64,000 bases of DNA from the human T2T-CHM13v2.0 reference genome, Homo sapiens: the NCBI RefSeq assembly GCF_009914755.1, contig NC_060937.1. One strand, given 5' to 3'. This document shows, piece by piece, positions 47,679 to 61,064 of this stretch (positions within the stretch are counted from its first letter, which is position 1; every line of letters starts with the position of its first letter). The translations under genes were made by a program, and so were the position numbers. Below the pieces are notes generated by a model. The model had not been told where the DNA came from. It saw nothing but the letters and a program-made list of their open reading frames with translations, and made no database searches.

Positions 47679-49179
47679 CTAAAATTCAATGACAATAGTA
47701 CATAACATATTCTAATCACATTCAACTTTTACTATAAAAATTTTACTTTTTACAAAGCCTGTCATGAAAAAGGAAACTACCTTTTTTTTTCTCTAAAGGC
47801 TCAATCATTTGAGCAGGTATTCTAGAATGAACATCCATTATGTCTAGCTTTCTAAACTTTAAGGTATTTTAAAAATGTATTCAGACTCATAGATGAATGC
47901 AGATTCATTCAACAAAAATAATGTCATGATGTCTTTCTACAAAAAAGTGTCAGATATATAAATAACTATTATCCACAGTAGAATTAGGGTATTTAAAACA
48001 CATGTATGCAGACTCCTATGGTAATGAAGCAGAAGAAATAGTTAAAAATCTGGGAGCATTGTGGAATACTCGACAGATGAAGTTTCCTTTAAACCAGTTC
48101 TGAAAGTCTAGCCTAAATTTGCTAGGAAAAAAAAGGAAAGATTTGTGCAAAAATAACTGTAGTGTTTTGTTGTTGTTGTTGTTTTGTTTTGTTTTTTGTT
48201 TTAATGCATGGTCCGCTTTGAGGAAACAGTTAAGTAGTGTGACTAAGTTCAAGAAAGACTGAGGAAATGGTGTGCCTCAAGACGTAAGTTTTGATTAGCT
48301 TATGGGATGTTTGATTCCCTGGGTAGGAAGGTACTTTCAGTTTATTCAATAGAAAAATAGCCTTTGAAACTTGGAGAAATAATTATAACATGAACACAAC
48401 TGGGTTTAGTGACATTGCTCAGGATTCACAGTGAGGGAAAGACTAGTAATTCAAGAGATCAAAGTCAGAAGACTGAACTTATTGTTATTAAATTTAAACA
48501 AAAAATTTATTTTCAAGAAAATTTGATAACCATATACTACATACAAATATTTTATATTTTGAGTAGCAAAACCCTGAAGACTCCTTTAATGAATGTACTC
48601 TGAATGAATGAAGAAACCGTACCTTTGCCTTTGGCCCACAATTGCAGGTTCAGATACAAAAACAAAAAGGGTGGTAAGAACCCAGAAGAATGAATATAAA
48701 ATAAAACTGTGAGAAAGGATTTTCTGACAAACACAGCAAATAAATTCTTAGTTTGTTTTCCTGCTCCAATTTTTTTCACCCATTCAATTTTTAACTCATA
48801 GACTCCTAAAACAAATGAAGAAATAAAAATACCTATACTTTGCTGAAAATAAATAAGGTTGTTACAGAAGATCTGGAATTTATATTTCACAGAGAATATT
48901 CATATTACCCACAATGTGATGTGAATTTGCACACTGTGGTTGGGGGGTTTGTGCATTGCCAAGATGATGTGTAAAATGAGGCGCTGGTCGAATGCTAGAA
49001 AACCAGGATCACCTTGAAACACAGGCTGCCCAGCACATAAAAATTTAATTTTTAGTTGTGTAGTTAATAAACACAAAACATCACAGATAGACGCAGACAT
49101 ACATAGACACACACACCAACACAAGTACACAACCTATGCCATCAAAATCTCCTTTAAAAATATTTAAACCTTTTCCACA

Positions 49180-49790
49180 AGCATTTTGAAATATGCAAAG
49201 ATTTTTAAACATCAGAAAATAAAAGATACCACAAGGGAGAAAATAGTTCAATCCAGAATGTGGAATATTTTATAAAGTAACTGACTGAATATTTAATAAC
49301 CAATAGCAAAAGATAAAGAGTAAATAATTAGGAAGAAGTAACTAAGTTAAATGCGAGTTAGAAATATAACAAAATATAGTGAGTAGGCTTTACTTGGATC
49401 CTAATTCAAACAGACCAACTGTTAAAAAATGTTTGAGACATTTTGGAATATCAGTGAGAACCCAAGCATTACCTTTTAATAAGCAATTATTGAAGTTTTT
49501 ATTAGCAGAATAATAACATTGAGTTACATTAAAAAATAAAGTCCTTATTATTTTTGTTTGTTTCTGGAATAATTCAATAATGTTTTGGGTTGAAAACATG
49601 TTCAGAAATTTCTCTACAAAACTTTAGGGAAAAAAGGAAGGACAGAGAGGGCAGAAAAATGGATGAAACAATAAGAACAAATTTGTGATCGTTGTTGAAG
49701 CAGGGTAATGATTATAGGGGAGTTAATTGTATCAGTTGCTTTTTGTTTGTCAGAAAATTTTTCTAGTACAAATAACTTTAAAGTGAATAA
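49180..49790 (+). mobile_element. Old L1M (L1MC/ME-type) 3' fragment
   Basis: TGGATCCTAATTCAAACAGACCAACTGTTAAAAAA, AATTATTGAAGTTTTT and TTGTTGAAGCAGGGTAATG resemble old L1 3' UTRs. Confidence 0.55.
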
Positions 49791-51539
49791 TTTATATAGA
49801 ATACAGTCTGGATTTTGTCACCATCCTGTCACACAAGCAGTTTTTCTGAATTCATATTAGCCTCATTTAATTATTATTCAGCTTTATAGAATTATGTTAA
49901 ATATTGTCTGCAAAGCAGACTTTATCATGTTGCAAATATATACTTTTTTATATCATGTTGCAAATATAAGTATATATATATACTTAATAGGTCATGAGAA
50001 CTGAGAAAACAGCAAACGTTAGTGTGCTAAGCAATAATAAACTAATTTCCAAAGGTTTAAGTTCTTCAAGTGAAACTCAAATGTTGCAGGGGAAATTTTA
50101 AGAATACTCATTTGTCCTACATTTTGATACATATTTAAAAAATATTAACCTGCAATCAGAAATATATACATATATATTTTAAATTTTCTAAAAAGTAATT
50201 TTACAATTTTAATGCGTTTGTTGGAAAATACAAATCTTTGAATTAGATGTGCCTGTTTTCAGTAGTAGGTAACATATCTGAAATGTGTAATAACTACTTT
50301 TTAATTAATATCTGGTAATGCTAATAATATTTAAATTTACATTTTACCAGTAAAACCAAACCAAAACAAAATCTGAGTGACCTGACATAGACACACTCAG
50401 ATATTTAGGAAGAGAAGAGATCACACAGATTTAAAATCTCCCAGTAGCCATTGTTCTTGTTCTCAAAATGATGACTTTAAATTGATTTTTCTATATTCAG
50501 GAACTCAGGGATTCACCTCTCAGCATGGGACATACAAAGTTATTATCCCCAAAATGAAATAAGCAATCTACAGATGTATAAGCATTGTCCAAACATTCAC
50601 TAATAGTGAACTCTGTCATTTTCAGGTTATGTTTCTGAAAAACTTGAATTCTAAGCAGCCATTTTTTGCCTCTAGTTGCCAGGTTTTTTTGTTTGTTTGT
50701 TTGTTTTTTTAATAAGGTGGTGGGTGTGGGGTCTTACTGTATTTAGGCTGTCTGCCTTTCCTGCATCTTACCTTGGCCTTCCTGGTCAGAGTGTGAGCTC
50801 CGTATCAGAGACTCTATTAAGGTTTATAGCCCTCAGGCAAAAGAAGTGCCAGTATATAGCGGTTAAAATTAGCTACAAAATGAAAACGTGTTAAAGGCAT
50901 ACGATAGTCACAGAATAAAAGTTAATTTCTCTTTGTAAAACCAAATTGAATTTTTTAAGAAACCATTAATTTTTCAAGCATTAGTGTCATTTTCATACTT
51001 TAAGGATAATAATCGGCCTTAACATTTTTGAGGAAAATTGTTTTAAATATAAAAACATTACTTTCTTAACAAATAGAATTGAGAATGTTTCTTTTCCCAA
51101 GTTTGTACAGGAGATATTTAGATAGACAGCAATTAAACAATAAAGAAGTGATTTATAGTCCAGTAGGTTTGCCTGTAAAACAAACAAACAAAAACAAATT
51201 AAAAACCAAAGACACAAAAAAAGAAATAAATGAAGGTCCATGCTGTGAGAATGGATAGCCTGCTTCAAAAGAATGGCACATAGATTTCAAGTACATTAAT
51301 CACAAAATCTATATATTAATTAATTTTAAGAAATTAGATGTGAATTGAGCAATCGAGAGTGACAATAGTGTTGGCTAAAAATAAATACTTTTATTTTTTC
51401 CTGTAAAGAAAACCAACATTTACCAGGTTTCATGACATTATCAAAAGAAATGTTCCTAGACTTTAAAAACTATTTATATTCTGAAAATATAAAACAATTA
51501 ATTTCAATACAAATTATTTGTTTATAACTGCATAACGGT

Positions 51540-53500
51540 AATAATGTTCCTAATAAACATTTTCATTCAGATGTTTTTGTATGTATGCATTTCTAAAGGA
51601 TATTAGCAATGGGATTTCTGGGTCAAAGAGAGTGTATACTTTGAAGTGTGGTAAATGTTGACAATTGGTATTACAAAGAGGCTGTGTTAATTTACACTCC
51701 ACTCCTACCATCAGTGTAATGAGCATGTCAGTTGTTCTACATTCTCTCCAACATGCAGTATTATGTGTATTATGTGCTTTTTCATTTTAGACTTTCTGGT
51801 GGGTAGGTGATGGTATAATAATGTAATTTTAATTTGCATTTCCCTGACGACTAATGCCATCCAATCATTTTTTTTCCCAGTAGTCATTGCCTATTTGGAT
51901 ATCACCTCTTGAAGAGTTCTTGTTCAAATCTTCTGCCTAGTTTTTCTGTTCTTTTAAAAATGATATCTAGAATTTGCCTATATATTGGAAACAACACTTT
52001 TGTTGGTATATGTATTGCAAATAGTTTCCCCACTCTCCAACAACTTTTTACCCTCTAAATGGTATCTTCTGAAGACATTTTACTGTCATATTTTCTTTAT
52101 AGATGATCCTATGTAGGTCCAGGTTAAGAAGTCTTTCACATCTCATTTTTTTTTTTTAAGGCGATCTCCTGTGTTGTATTCTAACAGCTTTATTGTTTTA
52201 TGGGTAATATTTAAATCTAAAATCCAGCGTGAGTTGATATTTAATGTGATATGCAATAGAGGGTAAGACTACAATTTTCCACATGAGATATCCAAATCAC
52301 CCAGCCACATTTGTCATACTGGTGGCCTTTCCTCACTCCTCTTTGGTTTCTCCTTTGCCATAATCAAGATTCTTTATATGTGTGATTTTGTTTCTGAACA
52401 CAAATCTATTCCATTTGTCTATTTATTTATAGTGTATTGTTACTACAATGTCTAGTTAAAATAATTTAATAATAAGCCTTTATATATAGTTTTTCAAGGT
52501 TGTCTTGGAACTTAGGACCCTTTTCACTTTTATTTAAATTTTAGGATCATATTTCCAATATACACACAACCACAATCAAACTACATGAAACAATTTTAAT
52601 TTTAAAAAGACTGCATTAAATTTATAAATTTTCTTTGTTTTTTGTTTTTTTTTTTGGGGGGGGGGTTTTGTTTGTTTGCTTATTTGTTTTTGAGACAAGG
52701 CCTCAGTATGTCACCCAGACAGTGGTGCAATCTTGGCTCACCACGACCTCTAGAGATCAAGAGATCTTGAGCACCACAATCTCTGGTGCTCAAGCAAACC
52801 TTCCACCTTAACCTCCAGAGTAGCTGGGACTACAGGCATGTGCCACCATGCCTAGCTAATTTTTTATTTTTATTATTATTGTTTTTAAATTTTAGTGAGA
52901 TGAGATCTCACTATGTCACCCAGTCTGGTCACAAATTCCTGGGCTCAAGTGATCCACCTGACTTGGCTTCCCAAAGAGCTGGAATTAAAGGCATAACCCA
53001 TCATGCCCAGCCCAATTAATTTTTTTATATTGACTGAGTATATAGCAATCTTATTAATTCAATCTAACAGTTTCTAGTTTGATTCATATGAAATTATTCG
53101 ATATTTATCACATAATCTTGAATACTGGCATTGTTATTTATTCCTTTCCAATTGTTGGCAATTTGCTTTCTTTTTATGCCTAACACTGGCTAGGTGTTCT
53201 GTTAACATGTCTAATAAAAATGGTATTAGCCGTCATTTCTTTCTTCTCATTCTAATGAAAATCACAAAACATTTCAATATTTGACTATGAATATTTTGTA
53301 GATTCTCATTATCAAATTAACAACATTAATTTATTTTTCAAGTTTGGTGAGCATTTTTTATAATGACTAGATATTGACTTTTATCATTTTTTCACTTATT
53401 CAGATATTCATTTAATTGTCATTGTATTAAGTTACATTTATTACTCTTTTCAATATTAAACCAAATGTGCCTTTATGTGATAAACTCACATTGGATTTAT
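51540..53500 (-). mobile_element. Old L1M fragments, interrupted by an AluJ
   Basis: Reverse L1 motifs AATTTACACTCC..CCATCAGTGT, TTTAATTTGCATTTCCCTGA.GACTAATG and ACACTGGCTAGG. Confidence 0.65.
52630..53013 (-). mobile_element. AluJ with a rearranged right arm and a compound T/G tail
   Basis: TTTTGAGACAAGG...CCATCATGCCCAGCC, with J-type CCTGGGCTCAAGTGATCC. Confidence 0.82.
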
Positions 53501-54451
53501 ATACATGCTTTATCAAACTGATTCTGTCCTAAGAGAATTCTAAGAATTAAAGTTTTAGGGTAGATCCTAATATATTTGAAATGAGAATATTTTTTTTTCA
53601 TATTTTAGTTTATAACATATAACTTTCTAAAAAACATATAAATAATGGTAGTGGTATAATGGTTACCCTTAGAGACAATATTTGTTGGTACACATGGTAT
53701 TTCTACCAAATTTTACGATATTCTGGGTCATAGAGTAAACCTCAAATGATTACAAAACCTTGAAATAGTTTTGAGTTCACTGTTAATTTTAACCCCAAGA
53801 CAGAGGAGAAAGCAGTCAGCACAATGTTAGAAAAAAATCTCCTCAATATATTCAGGGTGTTTCAGGCTCTTATGCTGATGATGTGCTTAATGTCTATTTT
53901 AAATGTGTAGTCTTTTTTGATATACTTATTGATATTCTCCCAACTTTTTAAATCCCCTCCTTAAAAATATAATGGGCATAGAATGATCCAGAAAGGAAGA
54001 TGGAAAAAATAAATTTCTGCTTCCCTTCTCAATATCTGTTGTTCATTTTCAATGCAAAAAAAATTTTAAAGTTAATTTGATTTCAACTTCTGTATAATGA
54101 TGAATGAAAAGTTCTATTTTGACTTACGTCATATTTTATTACATCAATTTTTCAAGGTTGAGGAGAGGAGAAATGAGTTGTTGACAGAACAAAAAGAAAA
54201 CAAGAAAAAGCTAAACAGCTCTTTGACTCCTTTCAGATGCAGTTGTCACAATAAACCTTTAAAAATTATCTTAACTACTGTCAGTCAGCAGAACATGGAT
54301 TATACCCAGGAAATCTGAATGCCAGTTTAAACAAACTTTAAAAATTGGATACGCTTAACCGTTCAAAACTAAAGAACAATAGATTATTTATATAATCACT
54401 TCCTCTACTAATATGACAGAAAACCATAATTAGCACTATAAATCCAAATTA

Positions 54452-54776
54452 TTTTTATTTTATTTTATTTTATTTATTTATTTATATATTTTTTGAGACA
54501 GGGTCTCACTCTGTTGCCCAGGCTGGAGTGCAGTGGCAAATGATGGCTCACTGCAGCCTCAACCTCCCCAGGCTCAAGTGATCCTCCCACCTCAGCCTCC
54601 CAAGTAGCTGAGGCCCCAGGGATGTGCCACCACACCTCACTAATTTTTGTATTTCTAGTACAGATGGGATTTTGCTCTGTTGTCCAGGATGGTCTTAAAC
54701 CCCTGAGCTCAAGCAATCCACAGTTCTCAGCCTCCAAAGGTGCCAGTTCTACAGGTGTGAGCCACTGCACCCGGCC
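54452..54776 (-). mobile_element. AluJ
   Basis: Full dimer with a (TTTTA)n tail: GAGACAGGGTCTCACTCTG...GCACCCGGCC. Confidence 0.88.
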
Positions 54777-55077
54777 GATATCCTTCTATCTATATAGAAT
54801 AATGCTTGTTTCATTTATTCGTGCATATTTGTATTTCCACAGAATCCTTCTTCCTCAAAACATGCAGATAAATTATCATGATGCCAGAAAAATTCTGGGC
54901 AGCATATCTAAGGACAGCAGGTTATTCTGTCACCTCCTTTCTCTGTCGCTCCTCATAAGCCATTGAGGGAAATAGCAAATCACATAACTAAATTGGTATA
55001 GCTATTGTATCAGCTAACGATTGCTGCATCTACTTAGAAAGCAGGGCTCCTAAATACTTAGGTTAGCATAGAATCCT

Positions 55078-55519
55078 TGATATGGTTAGGCTTTGTGTCC
55101 CCACCCAAATTTCATTTTGAATTGTAATCCCCAGGTGCTGAGGGAGAAACTTGGTGGGGGGTGATTGGATAATGGGGGTGGTTTCCCCCATGCTATTCTT
55201 GTGACAGTGAGTGAGTTTCCATGAGATCTGGTGGTTTTATAACTGTTTGGCAAGTTCCTCCTTCGTGCACTCCCTTGCCTGCTGCCATATAAGACATGCC
55301 CGCTTCCCCTTCTCCCATGATTGAGGCCTCATCAGCCATGTGGAGCTATGAGTCAATTATACCTCTTTTCTTTATAAATTACCCAGTCTAAGGCAGTTTT
55401 ATTATTATTTTTTTTTTTGAGACGGAATCTCGCTCTGTTGCCCAGGCTGGAGTGCAGTGGCGCGATCTCGGCTCACTCTAAGGCAGTTCTTTATAGCAAT
55501 GTGAAAATGGACTAATATA
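55078..55519 (+). mobile_element. THE1D/MSTA-type MaLR solo LTR
   Basis: TGATATGGTTAGGCTTTGTGTCCCCACCCAAAT...GAAAATGGACTAATATA. TSD ATCCT at 55073-55077 and 55520-55524. Confidence 0.9.
55399..55476 (-). mobile_element. Severely 5'-truncated young Alu inside the THE1 LTR
   Basis: 58 bp of Alu 3' end plus tail. TSD TCTAAGGCAGTT at 55387-55398 and 55477-55488. Confidence 0.9.
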
Positions 55520-58500
55520 ATCCTCATATTAACATGGTCTATCCAAAATTTGAGCATAATTGCTCACCAATAGCAAACATTATGAATGCACAGTAACAGA
55601 AAAACAATGACAACAACAAACTAGCTAGTTCTTTGACTCTGCACTCATGCAGCTGACTCCAGCAATAATATATCGAATGAGAAAAGGTTTGGGGGAGGAA
55701 GGGGAAGGGAGAAGAAGCACATCACAATAATATATCAAAATTGTTTTGATACTCATTTGTTAATAGTATTTAGATAAGATATAAGGATATACTTTTCAAT
55801 TAGTATTTGAACAATTGCTTACCTCTTGAGGCCCTATCTATCTCAAAAGTTTCCTCTTAAAATATATGGAAATAATACTCTGCCAAGATGAGGCAAATGC
55901 AAATCTGGATTTGCAATACCAAACAAATTTCTACCAAATTTTATGATATTCTGGGTCATAAAGTAAACCTCAAATGATTACATTTGCCTTTCCATGAATC
56001 CACCTCAACATCCACCCATCCTTCCGCTCTTACCAATCTATCTATCCATTTATCTTCTATAATTTCTCTATCAATTCATTTGTCTGTATAACAACCTATT
56101 TACAGTTTATCTCAAGAAAGTTTTCCTTGTGGAAATATTGAGGTTCATTTTTCTTAGTGTCTGACTGATTCAATACATTCTTGTTATGTGCCTATTCTGT
56201 GCCAGAAATTGTACCAAGCACAAGAATATAGAGATGGGTGGAAAGCTATCTTGGGCAGTATCAGCACATGGCACCTAGTTTAGTGAAAAAAAAAATGATG
56301 TAGAAAGAGTTTTAATTATAATGTTAATAATTGGTACAGAGAAATAAAACTCAATTTTTCTTTCTGGTCAAATTTGCAATATGAAATGATCCCTCTGGCA
56401 ACTGTAAGAAGAATGAATTAGAAGATGCAGAAGTGGGTATTACAAAGTCTGGTATAGAAGGTTCCTATTATCTTGACACCCTTCTTTCACCAGCCCTCAT
56501 TACTGGGATGCAGATGTGAGGGCAAAGGTGGTTCTGATCTATTTTTACTCAGCAGTGGGACTGATGCCTTTGAGCATATTTTCTGATCTGTTGCCTAGAT
56601 TCCAATTTTGTTTGGTATCTTAAAGATTTACTTATTTATTTGTCTCTTTCTTCTAATACTGTAAGCTCTGTATAGCACAGTGCCAAATACATGAAAAACA
56701 ATAGTTGCTGACTAAATAGGTAAATGAATGAATGTTCTTTGCCGAATAGATGACATCTTCTGGACCTAATTTCTCCTGAAACTCAATGCACATTTTGGAC
56801 ACTGATTTTTCCACCAAGATGCTCTTACTAGGGTGAGGCTCAGTCAGAAAATTAGTTTTCATCTGTTCCATAAACTATTCTAAAGTCCTCATTCTCATTC
56901 AGTCCCTGCCTTCTACCTTCTCTGATTTGAGGTGCCAGTATTATTTGTGCTTAAGACAGCCTGAGTGCAAACAATTTTTGATAAACATTATATAACTGTA
57001 TTTAACACCACCATTATATAATAGTTTACATTTCTATAGGAAATCCTTGTGATATAATAAAATGTGATCTGTCCATCTCTCTACAAAACATAGCATTGCA
57101 CACTATTCTTGCTATTTCTAATGATGTTTGCCTATGATTATATACTACAAAACATTTTTACAGTCTATGTGCAAAGTGGTTCCACAGAGGCACAGTTGCA
57201 TATCTTGATTTATTGAGGAGTTACATGTGAAATCATCAATATAGAAAATATGTTATAAAAAGTGCAAAAGTGCTATTAATCTGATGGGTAGTATGAGCTA
57301 GGATAAGAATCATGATACTGCTGTGTGCTTCTGCATTACTTAAGCTGCTCATATCCACTGCACTCCTATAACTCAAAATAGCCATGCTTATTTAAATGTA
57401 ATTTTCCAACATAAATGTATTCCTAGACTGAATTATTTATGCCTCTATTCACAAACAACATTTCAATACATTATAAAGTCGAGTTGGATGAGAATATTTG
57501 GATGAAATATCATTTCATTGGCAGCATTTATATAAGATATTCAAGGTAAAAGTAGGAGGCTCATCATATTCATCTCTTCTCTTCGTTTACTCAAGAATTT
57601 AGCAGAGAAAATGTAAATGAGTCAGTTGTCAGTCTATTAGCATTTTTAAAATAAATGATTGCACATTTGTGAGTATAAAAGTATAAACCTATTTATTAGG
57701 ACTCTGGCCACTGTCTTCATTGTGACACCTGTAGTTCCTGATTTCCGTGGACTAGAAAATCTTAAAGTGAAAATGCAGCGAACTTAATGCCTTTCTCAAT
57801 GTGTATACAGCCATAAAGCTACAGTCCATTTCACAGAGTAGCAATATTGGTAAACATTGTTTCTGTGTTTTATCCAATTTGAACACAGCCTGCTTACCAA
57901 AAACCATCTCTTGCCAATGGACTTATCAGTAAAAATAATTACTCATCCTTAGAAAAAAATGTCATAAATGGGAAAGAATATCCTTTTTCTACCATCTATA
58001 CCACTTACAGGCCTCAATCAGGATACAGACTGTGTTTTCCTAACATAAAAAGGAAAATTTTTCTGCTGTCAGTGCTATCAGCTAAACATCTCGCTTTTCT
58101 CCCAGATACAAGTTGGGATACTGCTCTCCCAAAAAGCTTTCTGTGGCCATGTTACTGGTTTATCATTGTAGTACAAATAAAAGAGAATTCTATTACTTGC
58201 AGTTGAAATCTTTAAGGATCAGTGAAAAATTTACTACTCTCTGGCTTTTTCCTTTTGACATAGAGACCAGCAATGATCAATATTCTAGGTTTTTTTTCAT
58301 TTTGAGTACCAGAGTGGTAATATCATGGATATGTAGCATGAATGAGGAAAAAAAGCATCATGGTATTAAACCACTGAGAGTTTTAAAGTTATTTGTTAGA
58401 GTAGAGTTACTTATAACAATTGATAAACCAATTGACCTAAATATTCCCTATCCTCATTTCCCCATGGATCATTATGTATCCTATGTAATAGGAAATATTA

Positions 58501-59058
58501 CCATGGTCTTACTAAGGACTCTTCAGTCCTTACTGCATACCATATAATAGTTCTAAGTAACGCACAGCCCAAAGAGAACTCAGCGATACCTGTGCCAGAA
58601 GTCTCTGCATAGTATTCCTAGGCCTGAAGCCAAGGTGTCATCCCACTCTAGCTTCTATGCACCTGGTCAATTTTAGAAAGAGTTATAAGAGAACCTATGT
58701 TTCCTTCATACACCAGAATTATTAAAAATATAGCTCCAATCAGTCTGTCTTATGTTAAAAATGGTATGTCATAAAAGAACTTGATAATTCACCTTTGAGA
58801 GTTTGAAAGGGTAGTAAAACAAACAAGAACAGAAGAATAGAACACAGAAGCAAAATATCCAATATTTTTAAAAGCATTAACAAATATTCACTTTTATAAA
58901 TCACTCAAAACTTCATTTTAATGTGTGTTTTAAAAGTATATCAAGAAGAAATTTAAAGATTATTTAAGGACTTGTGAAAAAACATTGTGGGGATTTAAAT
59001 AAATATTAGTTGAAGGGAGGAAGCAAGGAATAAAAGAATAAGAAAATAAAAGAAAGTA

Positions 59059-59059
59059 C

Positions 59060-59093
<34 letters not shown>
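59059..59093. repeat. (TG)n(AG)n compound microsatellite ~130 bp into the intron after a KLHL1 exon
   Basis: Directly visible. Confidence 0.85.
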
Positions 59094-59094
<1 letters not shown>

Positions 59095-59226
59095 AGGAGT
59101 TAAAAATGTATCTCTAGGTGTTGAATTTACCCTTCCTAAATAATGCAATTTTTCCAATCACTTGAATCAGGCATCAATGTGATTTGCACTGTCTCTTTCG
59201 CTGTAACAGTGTCCTTGGGGTCTTAC

Positions 59227-59439
59227 CTTTCTACATAATCCAGTAGCCGGGAACAGTGATTTGAAGCAGGAGCATCATGACCTCCTACTGCATAAAGAAA
59301 ACCGTCACATGTGGCCACTCCGACACCCCCTCTCCTCTTACACATGGGAGCACACATGTTCCACTTATTTGTATGAGGATCATAATATTCCATTGAACTC
59401 AAACAGGAACTTCCATCACGACCTCCAACTGAATACAAC
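59227..59439 (-). CDS. KLHL1: KLHL1 third-from-last exon (kelch repeats; [71 protein letters not shown])
   Basis: TGTGTTTTTAG|G TTG TAT ... GAAAG|GTAAGA. 213 nt, phase 2 to phase 2. The [11 protein letters not shown] loop marks the KLHL1/4/5 clade, and the C-terminus VVIKQP points to KLHL1. Confidence 0.96.
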
Positions 59440-60219
59440 CTAAAAACACAATTGGAAAAATGTGATTTAATATCATAGTCTGGATGACAAAATATAGAAA
59501 AGGTCCTTTAAAATAAATTTTCACAGTATGAGGCTCAAACGTGTTGGAAATATATTACTTTGCAGGGAGATTTTGTTAAAGATACTCAATAAATGATCAT
59601 ATATACTAGAAATTTCTATTTTTGTATAGAAATTGCAGTATACTAGATGAAATTAAGACAACTATAATTTTAACCTCTATTTCTAGAAACTTGGATAGAT
59701 TTAAATTGCATACTGCAAAAATAAGTAATATTAGTATATTAGTTTAATAAATATTAAGAAATGGCTATTAAAATACAGAATAAAATATAAGACAGTGAAC
59801 ATAAACAGGAGAAAGGCATTATCCTATTTGTTGATAAGCAAGTGATTTGGCAGTATGTAACACATGCCTGCACCTTGTGTTCCATCCTCACAGTTTAGAA
59901 CAATAAATAAATGTAATAAACTAAAAGTATTATCTTAACAACAACTTTCTTACTCAGTGCCTATACTATAGCTAAAAACAAGACTTTACAGGAAAAAAGA
60001 ATGCAACAATGTTAGTATGATTGAAAATTGCTGAAGTTTACCTGATACACTCATCTTGCTATAATTATTTTATTAATGAGAAGTATGATAGAACCCCCCC
60101 AAAATAAGTTATGCATCATAAATGGTACTAACATGATTTGAATACAGTTTAATCCTAATAAAATAGTCCTTCCCCATTTAATCATAGTCATGATTTTATC
60201 ACAGTAAGGCACAGCATTG

Positions 60220-60795
60220 CATTTATTTACTTATCCATTTGCTCACTACATATTTTTGAATGGTTAGGGTGTGTCACACATTGTTAAAACTTTTATTGAT
60301 ATGTCCATGAACAAAACAGGAAAAAAAATCCATGCACTCAATTCTGCTGAAACAGGGATAGACAGAATATACAAAGTAAACATAAATGTCATTTACTACT
60401 GGGGAAGGTTCAAAGTGCAAGGGACATAGAATCCAGAAGCAGGATCAGTAATGCAACTGGTGAGGGTAGAGATTGTGGATACAATTTAAATAAGTAACCA
60501 GAAAAGGTCTCACTGAAACCTTTTGCAAAAAAACTTGGAAGAGAGTGGTAGTGATTGGAGGTGAGTTCAGGAATATCTGGGGAAGGAAGATTTGAGGATG
60601 ACTAAATAGTGAGTGAAAAGTTTCAGAAGCAGGAAGGAAGTCAGTGTGGCTGGGGCAGAGGCTGAGGTGAGAGTGGTGGTTCAAGGTGAATGGCAGCTTA
60701 CAAGGTGCATGTAGACTTTTCTCCTGAGTACAACAGGAAGCCATAGTGGTTTTTGAATAGAGGGAGAATATGATTTGTTTGTGTTTTAATGAGAT
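60220..60795 (-). mobile_element. L2 fragment
   Basis: GAATATCTGGGGAAGGA, GGAAGTCAGTGTGGCTGGGGCAGAG and GGAAGCCATAGTGGTTTTTGAATAGAGG..ATATGATTTG match the degraded L2 3' region. Confidence 0.65.
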
Positions 60796-60801
60796 TAGAT
60801 G

Positions 60802-60918
60802 TGTGAAAGGAAAATAAATCCTGGGACTCCCAAATCACTAAAGCCAAAGGGAAGTCAAGCTGGGAACTCCTTAGTGCAAACCTGCCTCCCATTCTATTCC
60901 TAGAAAAGATAGCTACTA

Positions 60919-60983
<65 letters not shown>

Positions 60984-61008
60984 AATTCCTTGTAAGGGAG
61001 GTACATAG

Positions 61009-61064
<56 letters not shown>

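Noticed and set aside
47486-47725. ORF-track boundaries for the kelch ORFs (also 59223-59438)
   Set aside because: The ORFs run into intron sequence; true limits were set from AG/GT sites and phase continuity.
57646-57751. Possible alternative terminal exon of KLHL1 (TTTTCTAG|TCCACGG..., in frame with the upstream exon for ~35 codons)
   Set aside because: A competing AG lies in the pyrimidine tract, the peptide has no kelch similarity, and such frames arise by chance. It would need junction reads.
58113-58547. 144-aa plus-strand ORF antisense to a KLHL1 intron (also 14129-14494 and 40722-41057)
   Set aside because: No recognisable domain, AT-driven composition, no splice support, and non-ATG or weak starts.
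59227-59439. Assignment to the paralogs KLHL4 or KLHL5
   Set aside because: [13 protein letters not shown] and the C-terminus MASLNIGRAGACVVVIKQP fit my recollection of KLHL1 rather than the paralogs; a BLASTP would confirm.
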